64,000 nucleotides of DNA from Escherichia coli (GTDB taxonomy: Bacteria; Pseudomonadota; Gammaproteobacteria; Enterobacterales; Enterobacteriaceae): NCBI RefSeq assembly GCF_017348835.2, contig NZ_CP071375.1, one strand, 5' to 3'. Below are positions 44,806 through 59,546 of this stretch, one piece after another. A program made the translations under genes and the position numbers. Each line of letters starts with the position of its first letter. The stretch's first letter is position 1. Below the pieces are notes generated by a model that saw only the letters and a program-made list of their open reading frames with translations, had not been told where the DNA came from and did not search any database.

Positions 44806-45396
44806 ATGTTACAAAACCCAATTCATCTGCGTCTGGAGCGCCTGGAAAGCTGGCAGCATGTCACTTTCATGGCTTGCTTATGCGAACGCATGTACCCCAA
44901 TTACGCCATGTTCTGCCAGCAAACCGGTTTTGGTGATGGGCAAATTTACCGTCGTATTCTCGATCTCATCTGGGAAACGCTGACCGTTAAAGACGCAAAA
45001 GTAAATTTCGACAGCCAACTGGAGAAATTTGAAGAAGCGATTCCTTCAGCCGACGATTTCGATCTGTACGGCGTTTATCCGGCAATCGATGCCTGCGTGG
45101 CGTTAAGTGAACTGGTCCATTCGCGTTTGAGTGGTGAAACGCTCGAACACGCGGTGGAAGTGAGTAAGACCTCCATCACGACCGTTGCGATGCTGGAAAT
45201 GACTCAGGCTGGTCGCGAAATGAGCGATGAAGAGCTCAAAGAAAACCCAGCTGTAGAGCAAGAATGGGACATTCAGTGGGAAATATTCCGACTTTTAGCT
45301 GAGTGCGAAGAACGTGATATCGAGCTGATAAAAGGCCTTAGGGCAGACCTGCGTGAGGCGGGTGAGAGCAATATTGGTATAATTTTTCAGCAATAA
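44806..45396 (+). CDS. yjaG: DUF416-family protein YjaG (196 aa)
   Basis: ORF size and position upstream of hupA. Confidence 0.85.
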   Translation: MLQNPIHLRLERLESWQHVTFMACLCERMYPNYAMFCQQTGFGDGQIYRRILDLIWETLTVKDAKVNFDSQLEKFEEAIPSADDFDLYGVYPAIDACVALSELVHSRLSGETLEHAVEVSKTSITTVAMLEMTQAGREMSDEELKENPAVEQEWDIQWEIFRLLAECEERDIELIKGLRADLREAGESNIGIIFQQ

Positions 45397-45582
45397 GACC
45401 AGAAAACGTGATTTAACGCCTGATTTGTCGTACCTGGAGTCTTCCCTTTCGCCCCCCGTCTGGTCTACATTTGGGGGGCGAAAAAAAGTGGCTATCGGTG
45501 CGTGTATGCAGGAGAGTGCTATTCTGGCATTTCCGTCGCACTCGATGCTTAGCAAGCGATAAACACATTGTAAGGATAACTT

Positions 45583-45855
45583 ATGAACAAGACTCAACTG
45601 ATTGATGTAATTGCAGAGAAAGCAGAACTGTCCAAAACCCAGGCTAAAGCTGCTCTGGAGTCCACTCTGGCTGCAATTACTGAGTCTCTGAAAGAAGGCG
45701 ATGCTGTACAACTGGTTGGTTTCGGTACCTTCAAAGTGAACCACCGCGCTGAGCGTACTGGCCGCAACCCGCAGACCGGTAAAGAAATCAAAATTGCCGC
45801 AGCTAACGTACCGGCATTTGTTTCTGGCAAGGCACTGAAAGACGCAGTTAAGTAA
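45583..45855 (+). CDS. hupA: DNA-binding protein HU-alpha (90 aa)
   Basis: [90 protein letters not shown]. Confidence 0.97.
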
Positions 45856-45861
45856 GATTGC

Positions 45862-46563
45862 GTGGCAGTGAACAGTTTTAACGAAGGGGTGGTTTCACCC
45901 CTTTTGTCTTTCTGGCGTCGATCATTGATGCTGGCCGGCGCTCTGTTTCTCACTGCCTGTAGTCACAACTCTTCACTTCCTCCCTTTACCGCCAGTGGAT
46001 TTGCTGAAGACCAGGGCGCAGTACGTATCTGGCGAAAAGACAGCGGCGATAATGTGCATCTGCTTGCCGTGTTTAGCCCGTGGCGCAGTGGCGATACCAC
46101 GACGCGAGAGTATCGCTGGCAGGGCGATAACCTCACGCTCATCAATATCAATGTTTACAGCAAACCGCCGGTGAACATTCGCGCGCGTTTTGACGATCGC
46201 GGCGATCTGAGCTTTATGCAACGTGAATCCGATGGGGAAAAGCAGCAGCTTTCTAACGATCAAATCGATTTATACCGTTATCGTGCTGATCAGATCCGCC
46301 AGATTAGCGATGCCTTACGTCAGGGGAGAGTCGTGCTGCGCCAGGGGCGCTGGCATGCGATGGAACAGACCGTGACCACCTGCGAAGGGCAAACCATTAA
46401 ACCTGATTTAGATTCGCAGGCGATAGCGCATATCGAGCGCCGCCAGAGCCGCTCTTCTGTTGATGTCAGCGTGGCATGGCTGGAAGCGCCCGAAGGTTCG
46501 CAATTACTGTTGGTGGCAAACTCTGATTTCTGTCGCTGGCAACCCAACGAGAAAACGTTCTGA
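45862..46563 (+). CDS. yjaH: DUF1481-family putative lipoprotein YjaH (233 aa)
   Basis: Lipobox-like N-terminus (LTAC) and conserved position between hupA and zraP. Confidence 0.8.
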   Translation: MAVNSFNEGVVSPLLSFWRRSLMLAGALFLTACSHNSSLPPFTASGFAEDQGAVRIWRKDSGDNVHLLAVFSPWRSGDTTTREYRWQGDNLTLININVYSKPPVNIRARFDDRGDLSFMQRESDGEKQQLSNDQIDLYRYRADQIRQISDALRQGRVVLRQGRWHAMEQTVTTCEGQTIKPDLDSQAIAHIERRQSRSSVDVSVAWLEAPEGSQLLLVANSDFCRWQPNEKTF

Positions 46564-46564
46564 T

Positions 46565-46984
46565 TTACCAGTGGCCCATACCCATATGACCGCCACCACC
46601 GCAGCCGCCGTAACCCATTCCGGTACCGCGCGGAATACCCGCTTCAGCCATCGCAATATCTCGTTTCACCCGTAACTCATCTAACGACTGACGCAAATTC
46701 TCCATCTCTTTGGCGACCGCGTTAATTTTGCTGCTATCCGGTGGGTTCGCGGCTAACAGGGCATTGTATTCATAACGCTTCGTCACCAGTTGCTGTTGCA
46801 GTGCGCTGCTTTGAGCGTAAAAGTCATTATGGATTTTCTGCCACGCTGTCTGTTGTTCGCTGGTCAAAGGCGCGGCATTTTGCTGCCACATACCGTGTCC
46901 GCCGTGAGCAAATGCAGATGTCGATCCCATCGCCATTGCTGAAAGCGCCATCATTACCAGGGCAATTTTCGTGTTCCGTTTCAT
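46565..46984 (-). CDS. zraP: periplasmic zinc-responsive chaperone ZraP (139 aa)
   Basis: Signal peptide MKRNTKIALVMMALSAMAMGSTSAFA, Gly/His-rich C-terminus; the 47-codon ORF-track extension covers the promoter and is rejected. Confidence 0.88.
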   Translation of the reverse strand: MKRNTKIALVMMALSAMAMGSTSAFAHGGHGMWQQNAAPLTSEQQTAWQKIHNDFYAQSSALQQQLVTKRYEYNALLAANPPDSSKINAVAKEMENLRQSLDELRVKRDIAMAEAGIPRGTGMGYGGCGGGGHMGMGHW

Positions 46985-47019
46985 GGTTAATCCTCCAGTG
47001 GTTGTCTTACTTCGGGTAT

Positions 47020-47035
47020 TGCATTTTCCGTGCCA
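47020..47035 (-). promoter_or_regulatory. sigma54 (-24/-12) promoter of zraP
   Basis: Minus strand reads TGGCACGGAAAATGCA, matching TGGCAC-N5-TTGCA. Confidence 0.8.
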
Positions 47036-47074
47036 ACGGTGAAACGCTGATATGACGGGCAATCTGGCGTGATA

Positions 47075-47123
47075 GGCGAGTAAAAATGACTCGCCTGCTG
47101 CGGGTGGCGAGTCATTTTTACTC
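47075..47123. promoter_or_regulatory. ZraR enhancer: paired dyad-symmetric sites between the divergent sigma54 promoters
   Basis: GGCGAGTAAAAATGACTCGCC (47075-47095) and GGCGAGTCATTTTTACTC (47106-47123) are inverted copies of one another. Confidence 0.7.
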
Positions 47124-47174
47124 ATTGAAACTTAAGTCTTTGTGTTACAGCGCAGGGTAAGCGCTGATAAAAGA

Positions 47175-47190
47175 TGGCATGATTTCTGCT
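47175..47190 (+). promoter_or_regulatory. sigma54 promoter of zraSR
   Basis: TGGCAT-GATTT-CTGCT about 30 nt upstream of the zraS start. Confidence 0.65.
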
Positions 47191-47221
47191 GTCAGAAAGG
47201 GATGAGCAGGCAAAGAAGAAG

Positions 47222-48598
47222 ATGCGTTTTATGCAATGTTCTAAAGACTCCTTCGCTAAATGGTTAAGCGCGATCCTCCCCGTAGTCATTGTTGGGCTGG
47301 TGGGGTTGTTTGCGGTAACGGTGATTCGCGATTATGGGCGCGAGACTGCCGCCGCCAGACAAACGCTGCTGGAAAAAGGCAGTGTACTTATTCGCGCTCT
47401 TGAATCCGGCTCGCGCGTCGGCATGGGGATGCGCATGCATCATGCGCAGCAGCAGGCCTTACTGGAAGAAATGGCCGGGCAGCCTGGAGTACGTTGGTTT
47501 GCGGTCACGGATGAACAAGGAACAATCGTGATGCATAGCAACTCCGGCATGGTGGGAAAACAGCTTTATTCCCCGCAGGAAATGCAGCAGTTACATCCGG
47601 GAGATGAAGAAGTGTGGCGGCGGATCGATAGCGCAGACGGCGAGCCTGTTCTGGAAATTTATCGCCAGTTTCAACCGATGTTTGCTGCTGGAATGCACCG
47701 GATGCGCCATATGCAGCAGTATGCCGCGACACCACAAGCAATTTTCATCGCTTTCGACGCCAGTAATATTGTGAGTGCCGAAGATCGTGAGCAGAGAAAC
47801 ACCCTGATTATCCTCTTCGCCCTGGCGACGGTCTTGCTGGCAAGCGTATTGTCATTCTTCTGGTATCGCCGTTATCTGCGCTCGCGCCAGCTTCTACAAG
47901 ATGAAATGAAGCGCAAAGAGAAGCTGGTGGCGCTGGGGCATCTTGCGGCAGGCGTTGCCCACGAAATCCGTAACCCACTTTCCTCGATTAAAGGACTGGC
48001 GAAATACTTTGCCGAGCGCGCGCCTGCAGGGGGAGAAGCGCATCAACTGGCGCAGGTGATGGCGAAAGAGGCCGACCGTTTAAACCGCGTGGTAAGCGAG
48101 TTGCTGGAACTGGTTAAGCCAACGCATCTGGCATTGCAGGCGGTGGATCTCAACACGCTGATTAACCACTCATTACAGCTGGTAAGCCAGGATGCAAACA
48201 GCCGGGAGATCCAGTTACGCTTTACCGCCAACGACACATTACCGGAAATTCAGGCCGATCCGGACAGGCTGACTCAGGTCCTGTTGAATCTCTATCTCAA
48301 TGCTATTCAGGCGATTGGTCAGCATGGCGTGATTAGCGTGACGGCCTGCGAAAGCGGCGCGGGCGTGAAAATCAGCGTTACCGACAGCGGTAAGGGAATT
48401 GCGGCAGATCAGCTTGAAGCCATCTTCACTCCGTACTTCACCACCAAAGCCGAAGGCACCGGATTGGGGCTGGCGGTCGTGCATAATATTGTTGAACAAC
48501 ACGGTGGTACAATTCAGGTCGCAAGCCAGAAGGGAAAAGGCTCAACGTTCACCCTCTGGCTTCCGGTCAATATTACGCGTAAGGACCCACAAGGATGA
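47222..48598 (+). CDS. zraS: sensor histidine kinase ZraS (458 aa as called)
   Basis: N-terminal TM and periplasmic region, H-box GHLAAGVAHEIRNPL, ATPase G-boxes. Confidence 0.9.
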   Translation: MRFMQCSKDSFAKWLSAILPVVIVGLVGLFAVTVIRDYGRETAAARQTLLEKGSVLIRALESGSRVGMGMRMHHAQQQALLEEMAGQPGVRWFAVTDEQGTIVMHSNSGMVGKQLYSPQEMQQLHPGDEEVWRRIDSADGEPVLEIYRQFQPMFAAGMHRMRHMQQYAATPQAIFIAFDASNIVSAEDREQRNTLIILFALATVLLASVLSFFWYRRYLRSRQLLQDEMKRKEKLVALGHLAAGVAHEIRNPLSSIKGLAKYFAERAPAGGEAHQLAQVMAKEADRLNRVVSELLELVKPTHLALQAVDLNTLINHSLQLVSQDANSREIQLRFTANDTLPEIQADPDRLTQVLLNLYLNAIQAIGQHGVISVTACESGAGVKISVTDSGKGIAADQLEAIFTPYFTTKAEGTGLGLAVVHNIVEQHGGTIQVASQKGKGSTFTLWLPVNITRKDPQG

Positions 48599-49920
48599 CG
48601 CACGATAATATCGATATTCTGGTGGTGGATGATGACATTAGCCACTGCACTATTTTGCAGGCTTTACTGCGCGGCTGGGGCTATAACGTCGCGCTGGCGA
48701 ACAGCGGGCGACAGGCGCTGGAGCAGGTGCGGGAACAGGTTTTTGATCTTGTGCTTTGCGATGTGCGAATGGCGGAGATGGACGGCATCGCCACGCTGAA
48801 AGAGATCAAAGCGTTAAACCCGGCGATTCCGGTACTGATTATGACCGCGTACTCCAGCGTCGAGACGGCGGTAGAAGCGTTGAAAACCGGGGCGCTGGAT
48901 TATCTCATCAAGCCGCTGGATTTCGATAACCTACAGGCGACGCTGGAAAAGGCGCTCGCGCATACGCACAGTATTGATGCTGAAACACCTGCGGTGACTG
49001 CCAGCCAGTTCGGTATGGTCGGTAAAAGCCCGGCGATGCAACACCTGCTCAGTGAAATCGCCCTCGTCGCGCCATCGGAAGCCACGGTGCTGATCCACGG
49101 CGATTCCGGCACCGGTAAAGAGCTGGTCGCCAGGGCGATTCACGCCAGTAGCGCACGTAGCGAAAAACCGCTGGTAACGCTCAACTGTGCGGCACTCAAC
49201 GAATCCTTGCTGGAATCTGAATTGTTCGGTCACGAAAAAGGGGCGTTTACCGGAGCCGATAAACGCCGGGAAGGGCGCTTTGTTGAGGCGGACGGCGGCA
49301 CGCTGTTTCTCGATGAAATTGGCGATATCTCGCCGATGATGCAGGTGCGTCTGCTGCGTGCGATTCAGGAGCGCGAAGTTCAGCGTGTCGGTAGCAACCA
49401 GACTATCTCGGTTGATGTCCGGCTGATTGCGGCGACCCATCGCGATCTTGCCGCAGAGGTGAATGCCGGGCGTTTTCGCCAGGATCTCTACTATCGCCTG
49501 AATGTGGTGGCGATTGAAGTACCATCGCTGCGGCAACGGCGGGAAGATATCCCTCTGCTGGCTGGCCATTTTCTGCAGCGCTTTGCCGAGCGTAATCGCA
49601 AGGCGGTAAAAGGCTTTACGCCACAGGCGATGGATTTGCTGATCCACTACGACTGGCCGGGAAATATTCGTGAACTGGAAAATGCGGTGGAACGGGCGGT
49701 GGTGCTGCTGACCGGGGAATATATTTCCGAACGCGAGCTGCCGCTGGCGATTGCCGGTACGCCGATCCCGCTGGGGCAAAGTCAGGATATTCAGCCGCTG
49801 GTGGAAGTCGAAAAAGAAGTGATTCTGGCGGCACTGGAGAAAACGGGCGGCAACAAAACCGAAGCCGCCCGTCAGTTAGGGATCACGCGCAAAACGCTAT
49901 TGGCAAAACTGTCGCGTTAG
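48595..49920 (+). CDS. zraR: sigma54-dependent response regulator ZraR (441 aa)
   Basis: Receiver domain, AAA+ Walker [15 protein letters not shown] sigma54-contact motif, C-terminal HTH. Confidence 0.93.
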   Translation: MTHDNIDILVVDDDISHCTILQALLRGWGYNVALANSGRQALEQVREQVFDLVLCDVRMAEMDGIATLKEIKALNPAIPVLIMTAYSSVETAVEALKTGALDYLIKPLDFDNLQATLEKALAHTHSIDAETPAVTASQFGMVGKSPAMQHLLSEIALVAPSEATVLIHGDSGTGKELVARAIHASSARSEKPLVTLNCAALNESLLESELFGHEKGAFTGADKRREGRFVEADGGTLFLDEIGDISPMMQVRLLRAIQEREVQRVGSNQTISVDVRLIAATHRDLAAEVNAGRFRQDLYYRLNVVAIEVPSLRQRREDIPLLAGHFLQRFAERNRKAVKGFTPQAMDLLIHYDWPGNIRELENAVERAVVLLTGEYISERELPLAIAGTPIPLGQSQDIQPLVEVEKEVILAALEKTGGNKTEAARQLGITRKTLLAKLSR

Positions 49921-51206
49921 TTCTGCTCGCGTTCGATGGCGCGCCAGCCGATATCTTTCCGGCAGAAGCAGTCGTCCCAGTGGATATCGGTCATTAAGTC
50001 ATAGGCGCGTTTCTGCGCTTCTGCTACGGTATGACCCAGCGCGGTGACGCACAGTACGCGCCCGCCGCTGGTCACTACCTGCTCGTCATCCGCCAGTTTT
50101 GTGCCCGCGTGGAACACTTTGCCGCCTGCCACTTCTTCCAGCGGCAGGCCGTGGATCACATCACCGGTGCGGTAATCACCCGGATATCCACCCGCAGCCA
50201 TCACCACGCCGAGAGAAGCGCGTTCATCCCACTCGGATGTTTTCTCGTCCAGCTTGCCTTCACAGGCTGCCAGGCAGAGTTCAACCAGATCGGACTTCAT
50301 GCGCAGCATAATCGGCTGGGTTTCTGGATCGCCAAAGCGGCAGTTAAATTCGATAACCTTCGGATTGCCCTGTTTGTCGATCATCAGACCCGCGTAGAGA
50401 AAACCGGTGTAGGTGTTGCCTTCCGCCGCCATGCCTTTCACGGTTGGCCAGATAATACGTTCCATGGTGCGCTGATGAACTTCATCGGTTACTACCGGCG
50501 CGGGGGAGTAAGCGCCCATCCCGCCGGTGTTTGGTCCGGTATCTTTATCGCCTACGCGTTTGTGATCCTGGCTGGTGGCCATCGGCAATACATGCTCGCC
50601 GTCCACCATCACGATAAAGCTCGCTTCTTCGCCATCGAGGAACTCTTCGATAACGATGCGATGACCCGCGTCGCCAAAAGCGTTGCCCGCCAGCATATCG
50701 TGAACAGCCGCTTCCGCTTCTTCCAGCGTCATCGCCACGATAACGCCTTTCCCGGCAGCCAGACCGTCAGCTTTAATGACGATTGGCGCGCCTTTCTCAC
50801 GCAGATACGCCAGCGCAGGTTCTACCTCGGTGAAGTTCTGGTATTCCGCCGTAGGGATCTTATGGCGGGCCAGGAAATCTTTGGTAAACGCTTTTGAGCC
50901 TTCCAGTTGGGCCGCACCTGCGGTTGGGCCGAAGATTTTCAGCCCGGCGGCGCGGAAGGTATCGACCACGCCTTTCACCAGCGGCGCTTCCGGGCCGACG
51001 ATGGTCAGATCAATCTTTTCGTTTTGTGCGAAATCCAACAGCGCCGGGATATCGGTCACGCCGATAGCAACGTTTTGCAGCGCGGGTTCCAGCGCAGTGC
51101 CTGCATTACCCGGAGCAACAAAAACAGTCTCAACCAGCGGCGACTGGGCCGCTTTCCAGGCCAGCGCGTGCTCGCGCCCGCCGTTACCAATCACTAATAC
51201 TTTCAT
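49917..51206 (-). CDS. purD: phosphoribosylamine-glycine ligase (429 aa)
   Basis: MKVLVIGNGGREHALAWKAAQSP; 4-nt convergent overlap with zraR. Confidence 0.95.
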   Translation of the reverse strand: MKVLVIGNGGREHALAWKAAQSPLVETVFVAPGNAGTALEPALQNVAIGVTDIPALLDFAQNEKIDLTIVGPEAPLVKGVVDTFRAAGLKIFGPTAGAAQLEGSKAFTKDFLARHKIPTAEYQNFTEVEPALAYLREKGAPIVIKADGLAAGKGVIVAMTLEEAEAAVHDMLAGNAFGDAGHRIVIEEFLDGEEASFIVMVDGEHVLPMATSQDHKRVGDKDTGPNTGGMGAYSPAPVVTDEVHQRTMERIIWPTVKGMAAEGNTYTGFLYAGLMIDKQGNPKVIEFNCRFGDPETQPIMLRMKSDLVELCLAACEGKLDEKTSEWDERASLGVVMAAGGYPGDYRTGDVIHGLPLEEVAGGKVFHAGTKLADDEQVVTSGGRVLCVTALGHTVAEAQKRAYDLMTDIHWDDCFCRKDIGWRAIEREQN

Positions 51207-51217
51207 CTATTGCTCCA

Positions 51218-52807
51218 TTAATGGCGGAAGTGGCGCATGTCGGTGAAGAGCATCGCAATACCGTGCTCGTCGGCGGCGGCAATCACTTCGTCATCACGGA
51301 TGGAACCGCCAGGCTGGATTACGCAGGTCACGCCCGCAGCGGCGGCGGCATCAATACCGTCGCGGAACGGGAAGAACGCGTCAGAAGCCATCGAGGAACC
51401 TTTCACTTCCAGGCCTTCATCGGCAGCTTTAATACCGGCGATTTTCGCGGAGTACACGCGGCTCATCTGGCCCGCGCCAATACCGATGGTCATATTGTTT
51501 TTGGCATAGACGATAGCATTGGATTTCACGAACTTCGCCACTTTCCAGCAGAACAGCGCATCACGCAGTTCCTGTTCGGTCGGCTGACGTTGGGTGACGA
51601 CGCGCAGTTCTTCCGCACCGACCATCCCCAGGTCACGATCCTGAACCAGCAGACCGCCGTTCACGCGTTTGAAATCAAGACCCGGAACACGCTCGCCCCA
51701 CTGACCGCAGGTCAGAACGCGTACGTTCTGCTTGGCGGCGGTGATTTTCAGGGCTTCTTCGCTGGCGGAAGGCGCAATAATCACTTCGACAAACTGACGA
51801 GAAATGATGGCCTGTGCGGTTTCCGCATCCAGCTCGCGGTTAAAGGCAATGATGCCGCCGAATGCGGAGGTTGGGTCGGTTTTGTACGCGCGATCGTAAG
51901 CATCAAGAATGGAATTGCCGATAGCCACGCCGCAAGGGTTGGCGTGCTTCACAATCACACATGCCGGCTCGGCGAACTCTTTCACGCACTCCAGCGCCGC
52001 ATCGGTATCGGCGATGTTGTTATAAGAGAGGGCTTTACCCTGAACCTGGGTTGCGGTAGCAACGGAGGCCTCTTTCACATTCTCTTCTATATAGAAGGCA
52101 GCCTGCTGGTGGCTGTTCTCGCCGTAACGCATATCCTGCTTCTTAATGAAGTTCAGGTTCAGCGTGCGTGGGAAGCGACCGGCGGCTTCTTTGCTTTCAC
52201 CGTGGTAAGCCGGAACCATGCTGCCGAAGTAGTTGGCAATCATGCTGTCGTAGGCGGCAGTGTGTTCGAAGGCTTTGATGGCGAGGTCGAAACGGGTTGC
52301 AAGCGTCAGCGATCCTTCGTTGTCATCCATCTCTTTAATAATGGCGTCGTAGTCGCTGCTCTTCACCACGATTGCGACATCTTTATGGTTCTTGGCGGCG
52401 GAGCGCACCATCGTTGGGCCGCCGATATCGATGTTCTCAACCGCATCTTCCAGCGAGCAACCTTCACGGGCCACGGTCTGGGCGAACGGATACAGGTTAA
52501 CAACCACCATATCGATAGGCTGGATCTGATGTTCTTCCATAATGGCATCGTCCTGGCCGCGACGGCCCAGAATGCCACCATGTACTTTCGGATGCAGGGT
52601 CTTCACGCGTCCATCCATCATCTCTGGGAAACCGGTGTAATCGGAAACTTCGGTTACCGGCAGACCTTTTTCTGCTAACAGACGGGCAGTGCCCCCTGTA
52701 GACAGCAGCTCCACACCGCGTGCGGAAAGTGCCTGGGCGAATTCGACGATACCGGCTTTGTCAGAAACACTGAGCAGAGCGCGGCGGACTGGACGACGTT
52801 GTTGCAT
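51218..52807 (-). CDS. purH: bifunctional AICAR transformylase / IMP cyclohydrolase (529 aa)
   Basis: [41 protein letters not shown]. Confidence 0.95.
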   Translation of the reverse strand: MQQRRPVRRALLSVSDKAGIVEFAQALSARGVELLSTGGTARLLAEKGLPVTEVSDYTGFPEMMDGRVKTLHPKVHGGILGRRGQDDAIMEEHQIQPIDMVVVNLYPFAQTVAREGCSLEDAVENIDIGGPTMVRSAAKNHKDVAIVVKSSDYDAIIKEMDDNEGSLTLATRFDLAIKAFEHTAAYDSMIANYFGSMVPAYHGESKEAAGRFPRTLNLNFIKKQDMRYGENSHQQAAFYIEENVKEASVATATQVQGKALSYNNIADTDAALECVKEFAEPACVIVKHANPCGVAIGNSILDAYDRAYKTDPTSAFGGIIAFNRELDAETAQAIISRQFVEVIIAPSASEEALKITAAKQNVRVLTCGQWGERVPGLDFKRVNGGLLVQDRDLGMVGAEELRVVTQRQPTEQELRDALFCWKVAKFVKSNAIVYAKNNMTIGIGAGQMSRVYSAKIAGIKAADEGLEVKGSSMASDAFFPFRDGIDAAAAAGVTCVIQPGGSIRDDEVIAAADEHGIAMLFTDMRHFRH

Positions 52808-52914
52808 GGTAAATCCCCTGGATTTGACTATTACAGAGAGCGTTAGCTGAATTTTTCGCGAAAAACTCAGCTAACGCCCCTAACGGGGCATCCTTATTTT
52901 TCGCTCGCATTGTA

Positions 52915-52930
52915 ACGAAAACGTTTGCGC
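52915..52930 (-). promoter_or_regulatory. PurR operator (pur box) of purHD
   Basis: Minus strand GCGCAAACGTTTTCGT, 14/16 match to ACGCAAACGTTTTCTT. Confidence 0.7.
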
Positions 52931-53101
52931 AACGCTCGCGAATTTTTCTCTTTCAATGGTGATCACAATTTTGACAGTGGTTACCGTGGGAAAAATACAG
53001 AAATTACATTGATGATTGTGGATAACTCTGTGCGTAAAAAGGTATAAAGCGGGCTTTTGCTGGGGAATGCAGCAGTCAGTCATTTTTCAGCAATTTTTCT
53101 A

Positions 53102-53290
53102 TTGCGGCCTGCGGAGAACTCCCTATAATGCGCCTCCATCGACACGGCGGATGTGAATCACTTCACACAAACAGCCGGTTCGGTTGAAGAGAAAAATCCT
53201 GAAATTCAGGGTTGACTCTGAAAGAGGAAAGCGTAATATACGCCACCTCGCGACAGTGCGCTAAAGCGCGTCGCAACTGCTCTTTAACAA
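53102..53290 (+). promoter_or_regulatory. rrnE-type promoters P1 and P2 with boxA
   Basis: P1 TTGCGG (53102-53107) / TATAAT (53124-53129); P2 TTGACT (53212-53217) / TAATAT (53234-53239); boxA TGCTCTTTAACAA at 53278-53290. Confidence 0.8.
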
Positions 53291-53421
53291 TTTATCAGAC
53301 AATCTGTGTGGGCACTCGAAGATACGGATTCTTAACGTCGCAAGACGAAAAATGAATACCAAGTCTCAAGAGTGAACACGTAATTCATTACGAAGTTTAA
53401 TTCTTTGAGCATCAAACTTTT

Positions 53422-54963
<1,542 letters not shown>

Positions 54964-55048
54964 CCTTAAAGAAGCGTTCTTTGTAGTGCTCACACAGATT
55001 GTCTGATAGAAAGTGAAAAGCAAGGCGTCTTGCGAAGCAGACTGATAC

Positions 55049-55124
55049 GTCCCCTTCGTCTAGAGGCCCAGGACACCGCCCTTTCACGGCGGTAACAGGG
55101 GTTCGAATCCCCTAGGGGACGCCA
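55049..55124 (+). tRNA. gltV: tRNA-Glu in the 16S-23S spacer
   Basis: Same 76-nt tRNA-Glu sequence as at 13849-13924. Confidence 0.95.
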
Positions 55125-55308
55125 CTTGCTGGTTTGTGAGTGAAAGTCACCTGCCTTGATATCTCAAAACTCATCTTCGGGTGATGTTTGAGATATTTGC
55201 TCTTTAAAAATCTGGATCAAGCTGAAAATTGAAACACTGAACAATGAAAGTTGTTCGTGAGTCTCTCAAATTTTCGCAACTCTGAAGTGAAACATCTTCG
55301 GGTTGTGA

Positions 55309-58211
<2,903 letters not shown>

Positions 58212-58305
58212 ACAACGCCGAAGGTGTTTTGGCGGATTGAGAGAAGATTTTCAGCCTGATACAGATTAGATTAACCGGCGGTAAGCGGGTTAATACGACA
58301 GAATT

Positions 58306-58425
58306 TGCCTGGCGGCAGTAGCGCGGTGGTCCCACCTGACCCCATGCCGAACTCAGAAGTGAAACGCCGTAGCGCCGATGGTAGTGTGGGGTCTCCCCAT
58401 GCGAGAGTAGGGAACTGCCAGGCAT
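58306..58425 (+). rRNA. rrfE: 5S ribosomal RNA, second copy
   Basis: TGCCTGGCGGCAGTAGCGCGGTGG...GGAACTGCCAGGCAT, 120 nt; differs from the first copy at one position (GGCAGTAG vs GGCCGTAG). Confidence 0.96.
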
Positions 58426-58435
58426 CAAATTAGAA

Positions 58436-58466
58436 AAACCCCGGTCCATAAGGCCGGGGTTTTTTG
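58436..58466 (+). terminator. rho-independent terminator after 5S
   Basis: AAAAACCCCGG-TCCATAA-GGCCGGGGTTTTTTGC. Confidence 0.85.
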
Positions 58467-58499
58467 CATATCAATTATTTGCATGATGAAGGGAATCTC

Positions 58500-58883
58500 A
58501 TGTCAGTTCTGTATATCCAAATTCGTCGTAATCAAATTACTGTTCGCGATCTTGAAAGCAAACGTGAAGTGTCAGGAGACGCTGCCTTCAGTAACCAGCG
58601 CCTGTTAATCGCCAATTTCTTTGTTGCAGAAAAAGTTCTGCAAGATCTTGTTCTGCAACTCCACCCACGTTCAACCTGGCATTCTTTTTTGCCAGCAAAA
58701 CGTATGGATATTGTTGTGAGCGCGCTGGAAATGAATGAGGGCGGTTTGTCACAGGTTGAGGAACGCATTCTACATGAAGTGGTCGCTGGGGCAACGTTAA
58801 TGAAATATCGCCAGTTCCACATCCATGCGCAATCAGCGGTACTCAGTGATAGTGCGGTCATGGCAATGCTTAAGCAGAAATAA
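58500..58883 (+). CDS. yjaA: YjaA stress-response protein (127 aa)
   Basis: Starts MSVLYIQIRRNQITVRDLE; ORF-track start 58464 lies inside the rrn terminator and is rejected. Confidence 0.85.
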   Translation: MSVLYIQIRRNQITVRDLESKREVSGDAAFSNQRLLIANFFVAEKVLQDLVLQLHPRSTWHSFLPAKRMDIVVSALEMNEGGLSQVEERILHEVVAGATLMKYRQFHIHAQSAVLSDSAVMAMLKQK

Positions 58884-58946
58884 TCGTGTCACCATTGGTG
58901 GGTACGAAACCTGAAGTTCAGCCCACCGGGATGAGAAAAAAATCAC

Positions 58947-59390
58947 CTACGCCCCCACATACGCCAGATTCAGCAACGGATACGGTTTCCCCAAATCGTC
59001 CACCTCAGAGCGTCCCGTAACCTTAAAACCCACCTTCTTATAGAACCCAACCGCCTGCTCATTTTGCTCATTAACGTTGGTTGTCAGTTCCGGTGCCATC
59101 GAGAGCGCATGCTCCACCAGCATCCGACCCACGCCGCAGCCGCGCACATCAGGATCGATAAACAGCGCATCCATATGCTGCCCACTTAACAACATAAACC
59201 CAACCGGCTGATCCCGTTCATTAACCGCGACCCACAACGGTGCTTCCGGCAGAAAGGAACGAACCAGCTCTTCCAGCTCGGCCCGATACTCTGCTGATAA
59301 AAAATCGTGAGTGGCATCGACAGAACGACACCAAATCGCAACGAGTTCCTCCCCTTCCTCATGCCGTGAGCGGCGAATACTAATAACCAT
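58947..59390 (-). CDS. yjaB: GNAT-family N-acetyltransferase YjaB (147 aa)
   Basis: GNAT acetyl-CoA-binding motif in a 147-aa ORF divergent from metA. Confidence 0.88.
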   Translation of the reverse strand: MVISIRRSRHEEGEELVAIWCRSVDATHDFLSAEYRAELEELVRSFLPEAPLWVAVNERDQPVGFMLLSGQHMDALFIDPDVRGCGVGRMLVEHALSMAPELTTNVNEQNEQAVGFYKKVGFKVTGRSEVDDLGKPYPLLNLAYVGA

Positions 59391-59503
59391 TTTCTCTCCT
59401 TTTCGTCATTCTTATATTCTAACGTAGCCTTTTCCTTGAAACTTTCTCACCTTCAACATGCAGGCTCGACATTGGCAAATTTTCTGGTTATCTTCAGCTA
59501 TCT

Positions 59504-59527
59504 GGATGTCTAAACGTATAAGCGTAT
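59504..59527 (+). promoter_or_regulatory. probable MetJ operator (tandem met boxes) upstream of metA
   Basis: Three contiguous 8-bp units GGATGTCT AAACGTAT AAGCGTAT resembling AGACGTCT, 20-40 nt before the metA start. Confidence 0.5.
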
Positions 59528-59546
59528 GTGGTGAGGTAATCAGGTT

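Noticed and set aside
45450-45487. GC-rich hairpin CGCCCCCC...GGGGGGCG followed by A7 between yjaG and hupA
   Set aside because: The stem is good but the U-tract is on the wrong side for a terminator on either strand; I cannot assign a function, so it is left as an unexplained structured element.
50031-50897. 288-aa ORF antisense to purD and 485-aa ORF (51221-52678) antisense to purH
   Set aside because: Antisense artefacts inside well-supported purine biosynthesis genes.
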